Assembly: GCF_001194135.2 (NCBI RefSeq) | Contig: NC_068999.1 | Location: 51,197,001 to 51,261,000, forward strand | Origin: Octopus bimaculoides | Taxonomy: Eukaryota | Direction: 5' to 3' | Length of the DNA: 64,000 bases | Shown: in pieces, positions 49,299 to 63,700 of the stretch | Layout: every line of letters starts with the position of its first letter | Position numbering within the stretch: position 1 is the stretch's first letter | Translations under genes and position numbers: made by a program | Notes under the pieces: model-generated | Databases searched by the model: none | The model's input: only the letters and a program-made list of their open reading frames with translations | What the model was told of the DNA's origin: nothing

Positions 49299-49628
49299 GT
49301 AATCTCTACACGTTTAGAGTTTACCTCTGCACTGGATCACTGGCTCCATAGGTAACAAGAAGCTTGAACAGCGCTGATTACCAGTTCTGTACTGGAACAA
49401 TATAGTTAGTAATCTCTACACATCTAGAGTTTAGCTCTGTATGTGACCCCCGGCTTCATAAGTAACAAAAAGCTTGAACAGTGCTGATTGCCAGGTCTGT
49501 ACTGGAACGGTGTGGTTAGTAATCTCTACGCATCTAGAGTTTAGCTCTACATTGGACCCATGACTTCATAGTTAACAAGAAGCTTGAACAGCGCTGACTG
49601 CCAGTTCCTGTATGAACTGCATTTGTTA
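49299..49628. repeat. 110-bp tandem repeat (minisatellite) x3
   Basis: GTAATCTCTAC at 49299, 49409 and 49519; each unit carries GTAACAA/TTAACAA..AAGCTTGAACAG.GCTGA. Confidence 0.95.
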
Positions 49629-50194
49629 ATCGCACCCGAGAGAATCTTTAGGCAAACATTTCTACAAATGATCATCGAACATTTCTCACCATCCTCGCTC
49701 TGGATACTTTTTATTTATAAATTTTGAGCTCCTATACATTTATTTGTTTATGCCTTTACACTCTTTACAAGCTCTTAATTTGTTATATTCACAACATCTA
49801 TCGGTCTCAGTCTTCTGCTATATACCCTTACAACTTGCTTTGCCCTCGTCCGCCTTCGAATTCGGTTGTACGAGCCACTTTGTCATTCTCTAGTGTGTAT
49901 ATATCCATTTACCAATCTCTTCTCTTTGACATGAATTCTCATCTCTTACATCATTTATCTAGCCTTCATCATCTCTCTCTCTCTCTCTCTCAGTATGTTA
50001 CAATTTTTCCCTTCCTTTATATCACTTTTCTCACAGACTTTACTTCCTCCTTCATCGCACGTTTTACACACACTTTACATCACTGTTCACCAGTCATTCG
50101 TTCCTCCTTTGCATATCAATCCCTCCACTAACACTCCTTTATATTATCCATTTTCTCATTCGCATATATTCCCTTAGTCACCAGCATATTTGAC

Positions 50195-50340
50195 TAGTAG
50201 TTAAGCTGACTGGCTCATAGTCACAACAGCATGGATACTATTCCTGGATCTCGGGTGATATGTTATAACTTGACTGATATACATTGCTTCGCATTACTTC
50301 AGTCCACTCAGTTGTAACAGGTACCAATCGGAGGTGTTGC
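50195..50340 (+). mobile_element. Degenerate tRNA/CORE-like SINE fragment
   Basis: TAGTGG-like start, GATACTATTCC B-box vestige, CAGTCCACTCAGTTGTAACAGGTACC core-like block. Confidence 0.4.
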
Positions 50341-51859
50341 TACTCTCTCTCTCTCTCTGCATTCAGCTATTACATCTTTGTTGTTCTCATGGGGGAAGGG
50401 TGGGAATGGCAAGAGTGTATAGATCGCTAGTCTTTACTACATGGCACCTATAACAATTAGAGTAAGTATTGTTCATGTTACCATGTTATATTCACATACG
50501 AACGAACCTTTGCGCTACTCAAACATCTCAAATGCCTGAATTCTGATATCGTTTCCATCCTCACAGCAAATTTATTCGCTGACCTCTTCTAGAATTCCTA
50601 ATGGATTAACATTTGTAATAGGCAACTACCAGTTTCCATGTATTCCGGATCTCATCGCGTTACATCGTAACATACGGATATCACGCTGAGGACCACACAC
50701 CGAGGAGGATTATTACAGCAACTTCCTAGTGAATTCTTCTCCCATGTAGTATATCGTTAGCTGAGCATGACAGGCTAACATAAAGACTCATTAATTACAT
50801 ATGCTTGTGGTTTGTTTTTTTCCTTCATACTGTGTTATTGTGCGTCCACATCGTTCCTTTTAAAATCATGTAGATTGAGAACAGGGTTTAAGGGTTTTGA
50901 CCGTCCGCCGCAACGCAGCATCAGTTACGATTTTATTTCAAGTTCATTCACTCTTATGTTATTTAATTATCTTTTAGTTTTTATATTTGCTTTCTATATA
51001 CTGTTTAAATATTGAAATATCGGAATAACAAAACAGCAAATAGCAATATATTTTATTTCCGTTTCGTAAAAACACCATCACATACTAAACAATGAAAGCC
51101 CACCACTACCATCACGAAACACACGCAAAAAAAAAACAGAAAGAAAATAACATTGAAGTAACTCCATGAGTTGTATTACCTTGTTGTAATATTCCCGCTT
51201 TGTGAGCATATGCCCCGATGTTACTGAAATTGTCAAATGAAAGAATAAAGGGCGACTATAAATGAGTGACTTTTTTCTGCCACAATATAAATCAAACCAA
51301 AATACGTTGAATATTTTTTTTTTATCCCCACAACGCAAATATTTCCAACACGCATGAACAAGTGTTAGTTTTAACAGTATTTGGCTTTCGTTCCAATAAA
51401 ACCTTATACATAATACAATATCATACATATACATACGATATCATACACACGCGTGCACAAACACACACATTATTTTATTAGTAACAAACAACACTACAAT
51501 AGAATAAATTTTAAACAAAACAACCAAAACTCCATGGCAGGATCATTCTGTAAACATAAAAAAAGGGGCAAATGAATCTAAAATAGAGTATTTGAATAGT
51601 TGTTTTATTACAACCGTAGTGGAGAACCGCGAAAAACTGCTACTGTTTCAACATATCTGCTATTTGTTGTTACCTGATATCAAAAATAAGATATTTCTTT
51701 TGAAATATTCCTTATTCGAACTCGCTCTTTCATTCTATATTTATGTGTTTGTTCTTCGCCTTCCCTCTTCTAACCACAGTTTTCTTTCTCTCTTAAAGTG
51801 TTTATATTCTCGTCTTTCTCTTTGTCAATTGAAAAAAAAATCCTCTATTATTTTTTTCT

Positions 51860-52135
51860 CTTCATATTCCCTCTCTCTCTCTTTCTTTCTCTCTTCTCTC
51901 CCTCTCTCCGCCTCTCCCTCTCTCCTCCTCCCTCTTCTACCTCTCTCTTCTACTCTCTCCCTTTCTCTCTTCCTCCCCTCTCTCTCTTTGTCTATCTGTC
52001 TATCTATCGGTCGGTCTGTCTGTCTGCCTCTGTATTTTTGTTCATATTCCTTCCCCAATGTATTTATTGAATCTGCCGCTCTACAATACGACTACCACTC
52101 CTCGCATTCTCTCATTCTTTCATTCTCTCATTCTC

Positions 52136-52207
<72 letters not shown>

Positions 52208-52360
52208 ATCAGCTTAATGACTTGCCCCTGATTTTCTACCACTTTACCTTTTTCCATCCCTTTCTCCCTCGCACGCTCTCTCGCCCTCTCTCTCTATTTC
52301 TATCTATCTCTCTTTCCCTCTCATACTTCTTTATCTCTCCTTCTCTCTCTTACTCTCGCT
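51860..52360. repeat. Polypyrimidine tract with (CT)n microsatellite
   Basis: Almost exclusively C/T on the + strand; perfect (CT)n about 52143-52202. Confidence 0.9.
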
Positions 52361-53339
52361 CCATTCCTCTATATTTCAGGGACTTTGCTGAACAACTTAA
52401 TATATTCCTGTGATTACTGATGCAAACATAGTTCAAAGGGTACCAGAACTGTGATGGAAAAGCTTTGTCCAATTTTATGGTGAGCGGAGATTACAAACAG
52501 GCACCTAATTTATAACTTTGCTTCAAAAATCATAAACAAAACATCAATGCAACATATAATGATAACAATAATAATAACAATAGCAATCATAACAAACAGT
52601 AATAACCAAAATCATAATAAAAAGAATAACAACAAAATGTTGGAAATATAATTTATAATGAAAATATTAAATATACAAATAATAAAGAGAAGAAACAATT
52701 GCCATTCTTGATCAGCTAAAAAATGTTCATACTATTAAGAGACCAAATGATATTACACATTGTTAAATAGACTCCTATTTTCATAGTTGTCAGTGAATAA
52801 CTATCACTGGTTGCGTGTTTTGATATCCAAAATACCTCCGTATTACCATATTTTTGTAGTTAGTTAGTTATGTGTTTAATGAATTAAATAATATACAAAA
52901 GTAGATAAAACAGTAACTAAATACAAAATGGCACAGAAAAGGGAATTACAAATGAGAAAAAAATAATATTTGCTCATTAAATTTGATTATGTATATGCTG
53001 AATATCGTGATATAGAAGTGAATTTACGGAAATCTAAATGAAGAATCTAGGTTCGATTTCCAGAAGCTATCACAGAATATAACCATATTTTTATCTAAGT
53101 AACAAGGAAATGTTTTGACGCTAAGCCTTTTTTTTTAATCTTTAGGAATATTTGCATGATCCGATTCCTTTAAAGCAACATCACCAAATACAAACCGAAG
53201 CAGTCTCCATGTAATCAATGGAAATCCTGGAAGTAGCAGGAACAGTTATCACACGGCAGACTTATACTCTCTTTGTGCAAAAAGCTGAAAAGCATGTTTT
53301 CGCTTTTTAAATGTTTGTAATGAAGACCTAGCAAACCTG

Positions 53340-53527
53340 TCCCCTTCAACAAAACAAAGGGGTATCTACTGCAGATATAAACGATATATAAATAAGTATT
53401 TCATCGAACACGAAAGGCAAAGTCGCCCTCGATGAAATTTGAACTCATAATGTAAAGACAGACGAAATGCCGCTAAGCAGTAGGCTCGGCGTGCTGACAA
53501 CTCTGCCAGCTTGCCCTCTTCGCCGCC
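53340..53527 (-). mobile_element. Family A SINE
   Basis: GAAAGGCAAAGTCGCCCTCGATGAAATTTGAACTC...GCCGCTAAGCA...CTCTGCCAGCT...CGCCGCC is the reverse complement of the family A head and body. Confidence 0.85.
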
Positions 53528-53835
53528 TTCTAATATTAATAACATATGTATGTATGTTTTCGTTTGAAACCGTGCATAGGTACTATAAGCAATATAAAAT
53601 GAATAGTTTTACGTACTATAGTGTATTCTATCAAAGAAAATTATGAAATATTACTCTTACAATTTGTCAGATTTAAATAGGTTTTCGGTGATGCTGGTAC
53701 ACATTGTTTTAAGTATTATTCAGTTAGATGTGTAATATGTACTAAATATATTTTTTACACTAAGAAATGTTCTCAAGAAGCTAACAGAGAAAAGTTTATC
53801 TATAAAATCTAGCTGTTAATGTTAGGATCCTATAG

Positions 53836-53965
53836 CGACCACATAGTTCTAGGTTCAGTTTCACTGCATGGCAACTTGACTAAATATCACCCTGCATAGC
53901 CGCTTCCTCGGCAATCATCTCTGAGTAAATTTGATCAACATAAACATTCTAGAAGCCCATTGTTT
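53836..53965 (+). mobile_element. 5-prime half of family D-like SINE, degenerate
   Basis: ACCACATAGTTCTAGGTTCAGTTTCACTGCATGGCAACTTG...TAGAAGCCC leading into (CA)n. Confidence 0.55.
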
Positions 53966-54002
<37 letters not shown>

Positions 54003-54047
54003 TATATGTAATATATAATATATATATACATGCATATATATATATAT

Positions 54048-54079
<32 letters not shown>

Positions 54080-54081
54080 AT

Positions 54082-54326
54082 NNNNNNNNNNNNNNNNNNN
54101 NNNNNNNNNNNNNNNNNNNNNNNNNNNNNNNNNNNNNNNNNNNNNNNNNNNNNNNNNNNNNNNNNNNNNNNNNNNNNNNNNNNNNNNNNNNNNNNNNNNN
54201 NNNNNNNNNNNNNNNNNNNNNNNNNNNNNNNNNNNNNNNNNNNNNNNNNNNNNNNNNNNNNNNNNNNNNNNNNNNNNNNNNNNNNNNNNNNNNNNNNNNN
54301 NNNNNNNNNNNNNNNNNNNNNNNNNN
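54082..54326. other. Assembly gap (N run)
   Basis: (TA)n left, (GT)n right. Confidence 0.99.
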
Positions 54327-54367
<41 letters not shown>

Positions 54368-56569
54368 GTTGGTATTACGAAGAAATTCAGATGAATTACG
54401 TACAGTCTTGCTGAAGACCTGAACATCATGATTGGTCAATATTGCTTCCTCTAAAATTTTAAGAATAATTAGTAAACACCAAATGAAATCAATACGTGAT
54501 AATCGGATAAATCTTGGTGTGGTTGTTTACAAGAACAGTTTCATGGGTATTGCTAATATATTAATTTGAAAGAAGGAGATTGTAATTTCCACTGTTGCGT
54601 ATGAATGTAATTGTTTAAAATATGATGATTTATATTATTAAACTCTCTGAGCATTGAAATTGATTTTAATTCAGTTATTATAATTAATTAGTTGTTGCAC
54701 ATTAATTGATTACAGGTGGGGGGGATTTAATTTTAACTGTTGTGTTTCAGAGACATTTCTTAAATGATTAAGTAATTTAATGATTCGTAGTCTTGATATT
54801 CAGAGCGCTCAGCTAGATATATAATTGGCTAAATAGACTAATATAACTATCTACATTGATTTTAATTTATATCTCGGGTGCTGTCTCATATGATACAATT
54901 AATTAATGAAGATACGGTAAAATATATTTAGCAAGCCCATTTCGCAAGAAAATTGTTCTAAAACAAAGCAATTTTTACTATATCGACACTAAGGCTGAAG
55001 TACATTTTTTAAGTGAACCCTATGCATGTGAAATACAGATATAGTCTCCTGCTCTTCAAATTTAATTGAAAAATATCGTCAGCGAAAAATATTTACATAA
55101 CAAGGAGGAAAGAAATTCTCAAGGGACTTTGACTTTCAGAATTTAATAACACCAGGCATAATAAGCTATAATACTAAAATCAGTCGCTCAAACTCATTAT
55201 AATTCTTTAGGCAATGAATGTAAAATTGTATCAATATTCTCTTAACAGAGAACTATGACAAGCAACAGATAGGTTTTGGTGATATTAAACCTTTTAATTA
55301 AAGCATATTTTAATCCATATCAAGACTACAAGTAATCAAGGCATAAATAAATATAAAAAATATAGTGATACTGGTAGCAATTATCATCAAAAGGGCTTAT
55401 ATTCTTACAATAAATGAATAGAGCAGTCTGTATACTAATAACAAATATTGTATTGTTCCATAGATGTAATGTGCGGATGAACTGAGATTAACGAAGAAAT
55501 TGATAGAAAAAAATAATAGAGAATAGATAAACTCCATTTGATAAAAGCTTTGTTCTTGGTGTCCAACATTATCGACCAACTATTCCAGTTGCAGCTATTT
55601 TCCCTGTTTGCAGGTGATAGAGTTTGAACACGCCTAGATAGAGTTTATGTCTACATATTACATGAATATACTCAATTGATCGATGTTCTTACTTTCACAA
55701 TTTTACACATCTGTGACGCTACCGTATTAAAATATGGCCTATTTCTCAGAAGCAGCAAACAATGCTTAGTTTATATGATCGATCAGGCGTATTATTGATT
55801 AAATCTAATATTATTTACATACTAATATTATCAGCTAATTAATTCATGCGTTTGTATTGAATTTAATTTTCATATTCAACGCACAATTTCTATCTAGTTT
55901 CGTTATAAATTATACTATATTTTTGATGCATTAATGTATTCTTAAAGAATTCATCTTCGTGTAATATACCAAGAAAGAAAAGAAAACTCGCCAGTTCTCT
56001 CACACTTCAATATCTTTACAGATATTGCGAAAATTAAGAATGCTAAAAAATATATCGTTACAGAACGGTGCTGTTATTTCAGTGAGATTCATCTCAATAT
56101 GGTTCTTTATTTTGGGTGATTTAGCCTAGGATTTGGACCGATCAAATAAGTTTCAGTATTGACCATGGTGTATTTTTCAGTGGTGCTTAGATTGTTTTCT
56201 TTCTTGTTTTTTTCAAAGCTGGCGGGAGGTGGAATTTCTTAGGTGTTCGTTTAGTATTTCTAGCAGGACAACCAACTGCATGGAGGTATCTTCGTTGAAT
56301 TGACATGACACCTTGTAACAAGATGGTAACATATATCACCAACGCTACAATATAGACGATGGAGCATATTTTTGGCAGGCCTATCCTATGTACCTACCAA
56401 CTTAACGTAGTTGCTTAAGTGATTAGCATCATAGTACCGCTAATATATATAAATTCGCCTATTTGATTTTTTTTTTCTTTTTGGCTTGTAATTGAATATA
56501 GTAAGACAACAACAACTGATTGGATATCAGTAAAGAAACTAGGAAAAGGTACATAAAATGTTATTACCT

Positions 56570-56700
56570 TGGCACAAGACCAAACATATTTAGGGCAGAA
56601 TTTAATTAAATTCATCTGGTAAATAAATGGTTCTTATTTCATCGATCAAGGAGAAGGGAAAATTCCCATTGTTTGGATTATAACTCGTAATGCAACTATA
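56570..56700 (-). mobile_element. Highly degenerate family A-like SINE
   Basis: GGCACAAGACCA..GGTTCTTATTTCATCGATC corresponds to the family 3-prime half reversed. Confidence 0.35.
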
Positions 56701-58559
56701 ATAACCTCACAATTTTAAGGGCTTTAACTGATCCTCTGCGCTACTCTCGTTAGAAAAGGTTAAGAAGCAGGGACAGGTTATCTCGGCATTTATATATATA
56801 CGGTTGCATCTTTAACACGAATATATGTAGGGTATGTTTGGTACCGCCACTTAACTTCTTCATCTGTATGAACATCGACTACGTAGGGCAACATGGTCTA
56901 TGAACCAGAAGAGAGAGTTACTATGAGTTTAATAGCAAGTATTGCACATTTATTCGTCTATAGTCGCAACAGTTATTTTATATATTTATCTTCTATTATT
57001 TGCTGCAACATATGTCAAAGACAGAAGTGAACACAACAATCGAACGCCATTCAGTTGCTAGAAGCTATTAAAATACAGACTTGTGCCAAAACGTTGTTTC
57101 ACCCAAACTCAATAGCGAGAGAGGGAGGGGGAGTAGTAAAGTAGAAAGAGTGAGAAAAAGTAAGGAAAGTCGTTAAACTTAGGAAACATTTAGTGCTTCA
57201 GCAACGATGTAAAATTATATTAGTAATAAAACTGTATTGGCCAAACGCCACAAGCATGTACAGAATTTCATTATGGATGACGATCACATTATCGGGAAAA
57301 GAAATGAGAAAATAAAAGTATCTCTGTTTCTTCAAAATTTATAAAACTTTCATATGAAGTGGAAAACTATAACCTCTAATTTTTCTCGCAATTACAATGC
57401 GTTGTCAGTTTCTGAATTGTTACCGTCACAAAATTGAAAATGAATGGTAAGGAACGGTTAGGAGTTTTTGTTCTCTCAAAGCTCATCCTTTAGTTTTACA
57501 AAAAAACACTGACCAATGTAGTGTTTGATATACAAAACTACGAATGTTCACAACTAGAATACCCCAGGCCAAGCTCAAAGAGGGACTCGTTAGGACTAGC
57601 GTAGTTTCAACGAGAATAGCCTCGTATTTGCATCAAATAAAAGGGCTTTCACACTTCACTGCTCTAAGATTTTTCAAGTTTGCGTTATACATTTTAAAGT
57701 TAAATTATCCTTTGAAGTTTATTCACTTGTTTCTCATAAATCATTTAAATCTATTTTAATATTTTTCTCGATTCTTTTTCCTATTTGGAAAATGTAATCT
57801 TTTAATTTCAGTCTGGACGTTCTATAACTTGAAAACTTCTATATTTCTTATAAATGACTCAAAGTTATTTCAGTAATTCATTTGTTTCCATCTTTATTGT
57901 AAATGGTTAAGATTCAGGTTAATCACTTAATCTAAGTTATATCGGCAATTATACATCTATTCAATTATTTATTTCGATCGTTCTTATAATGTTTAAATGT
58001 TGATTGTAGAATACGACTGTTTCTATATTACTTGGAATTGTCAAGATGAAACGAAAGCAGGAGTTGATGACTACATGTACACTAATTGCCGAGGGACATT
58101 TGACTACTATGAGCTATACACACATGTTCTCAAGCTGTATGTAGTTGGAAAATGAAGCTAGTTGCAAAAAAGCGAAATTGCTTTGGTGAAAAGTAAAATA
58201 TATTTATATGATGCGTAACAATTAGTGTTGAATATAAATTTAAATCCCATGTATTAGTTTTAACAAAACCAAACCGAGTTAAAACATGAATTTATATTCG
58301 TACTCTAACACGATAATTTTAATCTTCATGTCTGAGATACAAACTAAATCTGGGTAGCAGTTTTCGCATAATAAAATTTAGATCATTGTCCGCTTAGTTT
58401 TGAACGACATGAATTGAAATTTATATTAAGTTTGAAAGCAAATTAATTGAAATCATCGCGTCAGAATAATTAGATTTATAATCATAGCATTTATGCCTCC
58501 AACTGTTGCATCTGATGCAGAGCTTCCTCTGGGACAAGGTTAGCGAAACATCATGGACT

Positions 58560-58900
58560 CATTAGTTGAATGATCGACACATCATCCTTCGCTCCTAAGT
58601 TCCTAAAACGAGTACTTTCAAAATTCATTGACAGTTATTTAGCACTGCTATACGCCCACAGTTTTCATCGTAGTCATCACAAATTCCACATATCACAGCT
58701 ATTTACCATTCACTCTGAATAAGAGTTCCAGGTTTAATTCGATTTGTACGCGTGAGTTTCCAGGGTCAAACGTCAGTCATTTCGGTGGTATTCTTGAGAC
58801 GTGTTCACCAAAGTATTACCAAATTCTTTACAAGCAGGTGGTATATTCCGGAGTTGATCCATGCCAAAATTCCCTACTCTATGGAAGAAGACAGCAAAAG
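58560..58900 (-). mobile_element. RTE-like LINE RT remnant
   Basis: ACKEFGNTLVN (resembling ACKxFGLTIS) followed by MVNSCDMWNL (resembling MLYGCETWTL). Confidence 0.35.
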
Positions 58901-59914
58901 TATATGCTTCGGTATCTTCAAAATTAAAAAAGGCTCTGAAAATTCACTTGATTATCACTATAAGCAAAATGCAAGTAGTCTGTAGCCCTACTAAGTCACA
59001 CAAACGTAGAGGGTCATACTGAAGAAAATAATTGTGCCATGAATTTCCTGACATCACTTAGAATAACAAATGATTAGAATTCCTAACTGATATCTATCGA
59101 CAATGACCTATAAGGGATTAAAAGAGACGCAGTCAGATCAAGGGGATCTTACGAGATATCATTAAACAGTCGACAAAGTTTGGCATATAATTTGTTCTCC
59201 TCGTTGTGATGCAGCAACCACATAGAATGTTTACGTTACGTAAAATAATACTACTCTACAGGCAAAGTTATAAATATATGTCTAAGTGAAGCGATAACGT
59301 CACGTTCATTTTCAGAAACGAGGTTTCCGTCGAAGAAGAGATGTAGGATGAAATTTAAATTTCTGGCAATGCGTGACATATCTCAATAGTAGTCATACTA
59401 CTACTAAATAATTAAAAAAAAGGCACACGTTGTCCTCTCCCTGTATTTTAGTAACTAGTAGTTTGGTAGCCTTTTCTTGAGAGTCAGCTAGTTGCTCATC
59501 ACCTACAGTCAATCCCAACAGAGGCACGTTACTATTCTCACAGTCAACCAATTTTGATTCACCTTAAATTCCAAACAATCATTCGGCAAACCTCCCTTTA
59601 AGGGATTCTGTGTTGTACGTGATTTACAACGATAAATGTGCGAACGAAGAAATCAAGAATATAATTTTAGTGATTCAACATATACATAGGTATACTTATG
59701 TGTATGTATGTATGTGTATGTGTTTGTTGTGTGAGGAGGTGTATACACACATATATATATATACGTGTATGTACGTATGTAAGTATTCATATATGTATGT
59801 ATGTATCATATATGTATGTATAAGTACATTAGTCAATAAAATTCAAGCATATTCTCATTGGCACTTCATTGACTCATATATTTATCTGAATAATCATATA
59901 AGCACATACAGACG

Positions 59915-59993
<79 letters not shown>

Positions 59994-60232
59994 NNNNNNN
60001 NNNNNNNNNNNNNNNNNNNNNNNNNNNNNNNNNNNNNNNNNNNNNNNNNNNNNNNNNNNNNNNNNNNNNNNNNNNNNNNNNNNNNNNNNNNNNNNNNNNN
60101 NNNNNNNNNNNNNNNNNNNNNNNNNNNNNNNNNNNNNNNNNNNNNNNNNNNNNNNNNNNNNNNNNNNNNNNNNNNNNNNNNNNNNNNNNNNNNNNNNNNN
60201 NNNNNNNNNNNNNNNNNNNNNNNNNNNNNNNN
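59994..60232. other. Assembly gap (N run)
   Basis: (TA)n(TG)n left, (TA)n right. Confidence 0.99.
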
Positions 60233-60265
<33 letters not shown>

Positions 60266-61082
60266 GCACGATATATATATATATATATATTTATGTATAT
60301 GTACATATATATATATATATATATGCGTGTGTTTGTATATGTGTGTGCGTCTCAGTGTGTATGTGTGTGACTGTGTGTTTGTACGTGTGCATGTGTGTAT
60401 ATGTCTGTGCGTCCGTGTGTCTGCGTGTATCAGCCTGCGTTTGTGTGTCTGTGTGATGACTTACTGAATGAATGATGGAATTCCAATTAGTAGGGACATC
60501 TTACTATTTTTAACACACTGATTATTACAGGAATTGTATGTCTACTAATTTGTTCGAGAAATTGACGTCCCCAGCTTAATCGGCTAATTTAACGATAGCT
60601 GATCAAAAATGGACGCCAAAAATCGATAGTCCATTCATAATAAAATTTTTACGAAAGTTTCACGAACTCTATTATTTACTTGGTTTGATCAGAAATAGTC
60701 AAACGTAGAGTGAAATATGAAATCAAAATTGAGTAAAGGAACGAAAAACCACGCAAATAAATATGCTAGGAAATAAAATATACAAAATATGCAGAAATAA
60801 ATATAACAACATCGATAAGGAAATAATTTGGTTGTTCAGTTTGAATGGGATTAATATATTTTAATCACCCATGAAATTTAAATTGTGGACATGAACACGG
60901 TGATATATATAAAGTATATATACATATATAAATATGGGAATGCGCGTGTGTGCGTACGTGTGTGTCCGTTAGATCGCGAGTATGTGCATGTGGTGCGTTT
61001 CTAAGCCATTTTTTCTTGTATCTTAGTGTCTGTGTAAGTGTGCGTAAATGTCATTGAATGAATTTACACTCATTTATACATG

Positions 61083-61211
<129 letters not shown>

Positions 61212-61724
61212 GTGCATGCTCGTGTGTGTTCGTTTGTGCATGTGTGTGCGTATGTGTGTGCGTATGTGTGTACAATGTGTGTATGCTTTTATGCCCCGGA
61301 TATATAATTTCCTTGCTATTATTCTGTTTCACAGCACAATACGATCAAGTTTAGAATTTAAGTGAAATTCATACTTTGCAGCTTGGAACGCTGATTAGTA
61401 ATTTGTGCATTAGCTCCGTATCCACAGAAAAAATTACGTGTGGGTAATGAATTGCATTTCTGTCATTAAGAGAAAGAAAGAAAGAACGAACGAGAGACTG
61501 ACTGCGAGAGAGGGGAGAGGAATTAGGGAGGGAGGAACGGGGACCGGAATCAATGGCAAGAAGAATAAATACATGTATTAAGGTTTCAGATAGAAGCATC
61601 AATATAAGTGTGCGACTATGTACAACTGGCTTCTCATTTCTTCTCTCTACCGAAACCTTTATGTGCAACACTGTTTAAAAAATAAAACAATTGTATATCA
61701 TTATATGTTTATATAGGATAAAAG

Positions 61725-61915
61725 ATCCTTCCCGTGTCATAAAGACGCATTGTGCTGTTTTCCCGGTTTCCGTGGCTGTATATTCTCCCACTGAACGGGA
61801 CACCACTTTTTCACAGTATTACTCATATTTGCCAACTAAGTGGTCGGCCGCAACGTTATACATTTTGATCTGTTAGTATAATTTATCAGTCGCTCTACGT
61901 CACACAACATATGGC
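61725..61915 (-). mobile_element. Degenerate CORE-like SINE (reverse strand)
   Basis: TTCCCGGTTTCCGTGGC..GAACGGGACACC..TTACTCATATTTGCCAACTAAGTGG..GCAACGT..CACAAC resembles the reverse complement of the family C-type core. Confidence 0.5.
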
Positions 61916-62379
61916 CCATGGTTGCATTTAGGAGAGTCCATTCAGTTTCTAGTGTTTGGAATAGGTCTACGGTTGATATTTTCCCTTTTCCCTCCACGGA
62001 GATGGGAGAGGGGTGCCTATCCTCCTAACTGAAAGAAAAATATTTATGTTTGCATGTATGTGCGAATGTATGTATGTATTTATGAACAGCAAGAGAACAG
62101 AAACATATGCAAGCTATTGAAATACAAAAGGGAACTGAAGTATAAGTTCAATTGTCAGGAAACGGAGGAATTTAATGTAGTGGAAAGATAGATAATGAAA
62201 TGGGATATCGAAGACAATAATGTAGGAAATGTGAAAGTTATGATAAATGTAGCGTTGAGAGAAAATAACAGGTGGTTCTATTTATTGGTACGTTTTAAAG
62301 TGGAGATAACTGTGAATTTTAAGTATAGAAGTGATAATTGGGAAAACTTATGAAAGAGCGTCGATGTTTATTTGTTTGC

Positions 62380-62700
62380 AAACAACATGTTTTGCAAAAG
62401 AAATATATATTTAAAGAGAAAAATATTAGACGGATACTGACGAACAGAAAGTGCTAAAAATGGCTTCTGGTGATATATATTAAAGATGCTAATTATTTTA
62501 CATATTTTGTTTTATATTGCAGGCTGGACTATTAAGTAAATAATCGGAGACAATGAAAGAAACTGTAGAAGATGTATTTAACTGCGGCTTATTAAAATGA
62601 TTTTATTAAAATATAAGGACAGATTTTTGTTTATACTTGTTCCTATCTGAAGAAGACATTATAGAAAATATATAAAACTTTATGAAATGTGCAACTACAT
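62380..62700 (+). mobile_element. CR1-like LINE ORF2 remnant
   Basis: DVYLFANN (resembling LFADD) near 62365-62390 and TCCTATCTGAAGAAGACA (resembling PYLKKDI) near 62641. Confidence 0.35.
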
Positions 62701-63599
62701 GAATCAGTCGTAGGTTATGAGTAGTAGGTTATGAATGAGATGACGTAGGAAAGTTGGATCGCATTAAGATGGAAATTTCTATGATTTGAGAATTGTACAT
62801 GTGCTACCAGGTAGTCAACGTGAAGTAATTTACACGACAAAAATTAGTGAATGAAACAAACGAAAGTGAAGAGCTCAGTCACATTAATTCATTGGAAGCT
62901 TGCAGATCAATGCGCAAGAAATAACGAATAAAAAAGCAGCGTGTACGAACTATGTGTGTGTGTAGGCAGAGAAACCAAAATATAAAACAATATAAAAATG
63001 CGAATCAAAAAGTTATCTCATGTAAAAACAAAAAAAAGAACGAAAGGAAAACGAAGATAAGGAGGCCATGTATTCATATTTCGTTGCTAGTAAATAGCAA
63101 TGAAAAGGGAAATTTTATGAAACCGCAAAAATGTTTATGGAAAATCTATACAGATGTCTACTTGGAATCCAATTCCGAGAGAACGTTGACTCTTAATCAC
63201 TTGACACAGGATGCAGTATGTATCTAATTTGTAGTGTTTTTTTTTTCCATGCCCGGCTTCCATTGATTCGGCAGTCCGATCCTTGGGGTGCATTATAAAA
63301 TGTCAGACCACCAGGTTTCATCGTGATTGTTGTATTGCAGTGTCTGCACAAGCGTTAGTCACTGTTCGGCATTTAAAGCCAAGTTTACGTAGCAGGTTGT
63401 AAGTTTTCTCCGTTAAGTCACCAATTTGGAAATACGAAGAATGAAAAAAAAATACATGAATGAATGAGGAACGCGTCAAATGTTCCGAATCATTCTTTGT
63501 TTATTGTTAATGGTTTCAATGGCATGCGACCTTTCGCAGAGAACCACTGTGATGTATGATAGAAATTCTTTTCCATTATATCAATTGGATGTGGACTGG

Positions 63600-63700
63600 T
63601 TCTGTAGCTCTGTAAGCACCAAAAAGAATGATATAGTAGGATGCAAGTGTATTTTTAAGCTACTATCAGGTCAGGTCGTTTTTGCTGCAAACTCGTTATA
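63600..63700 (-). mobile_element. Possible restriction-like endonuclease (R4/Dong-type non-LTR) remnant
   Basis: KRPDLIV at 63661-63681 followed by TCILL resembles RRPDhVV..K.TCxIID. Confidence 0.3.

Noticed and set aside
51592-52413. 273-aa gap-free ORF
   Set aside because: Ser/Leu-rich translation of the polypyrimidine tract, with a TTG start and no domain
62488-62541. Strong 3-prime splice site (GCTAAT...TTTTATATTGCAG)
   Set aside because: All three frames stop within 21 nt, only a 13-nt exon is possible, and it lies in CR1-like decayed sequence
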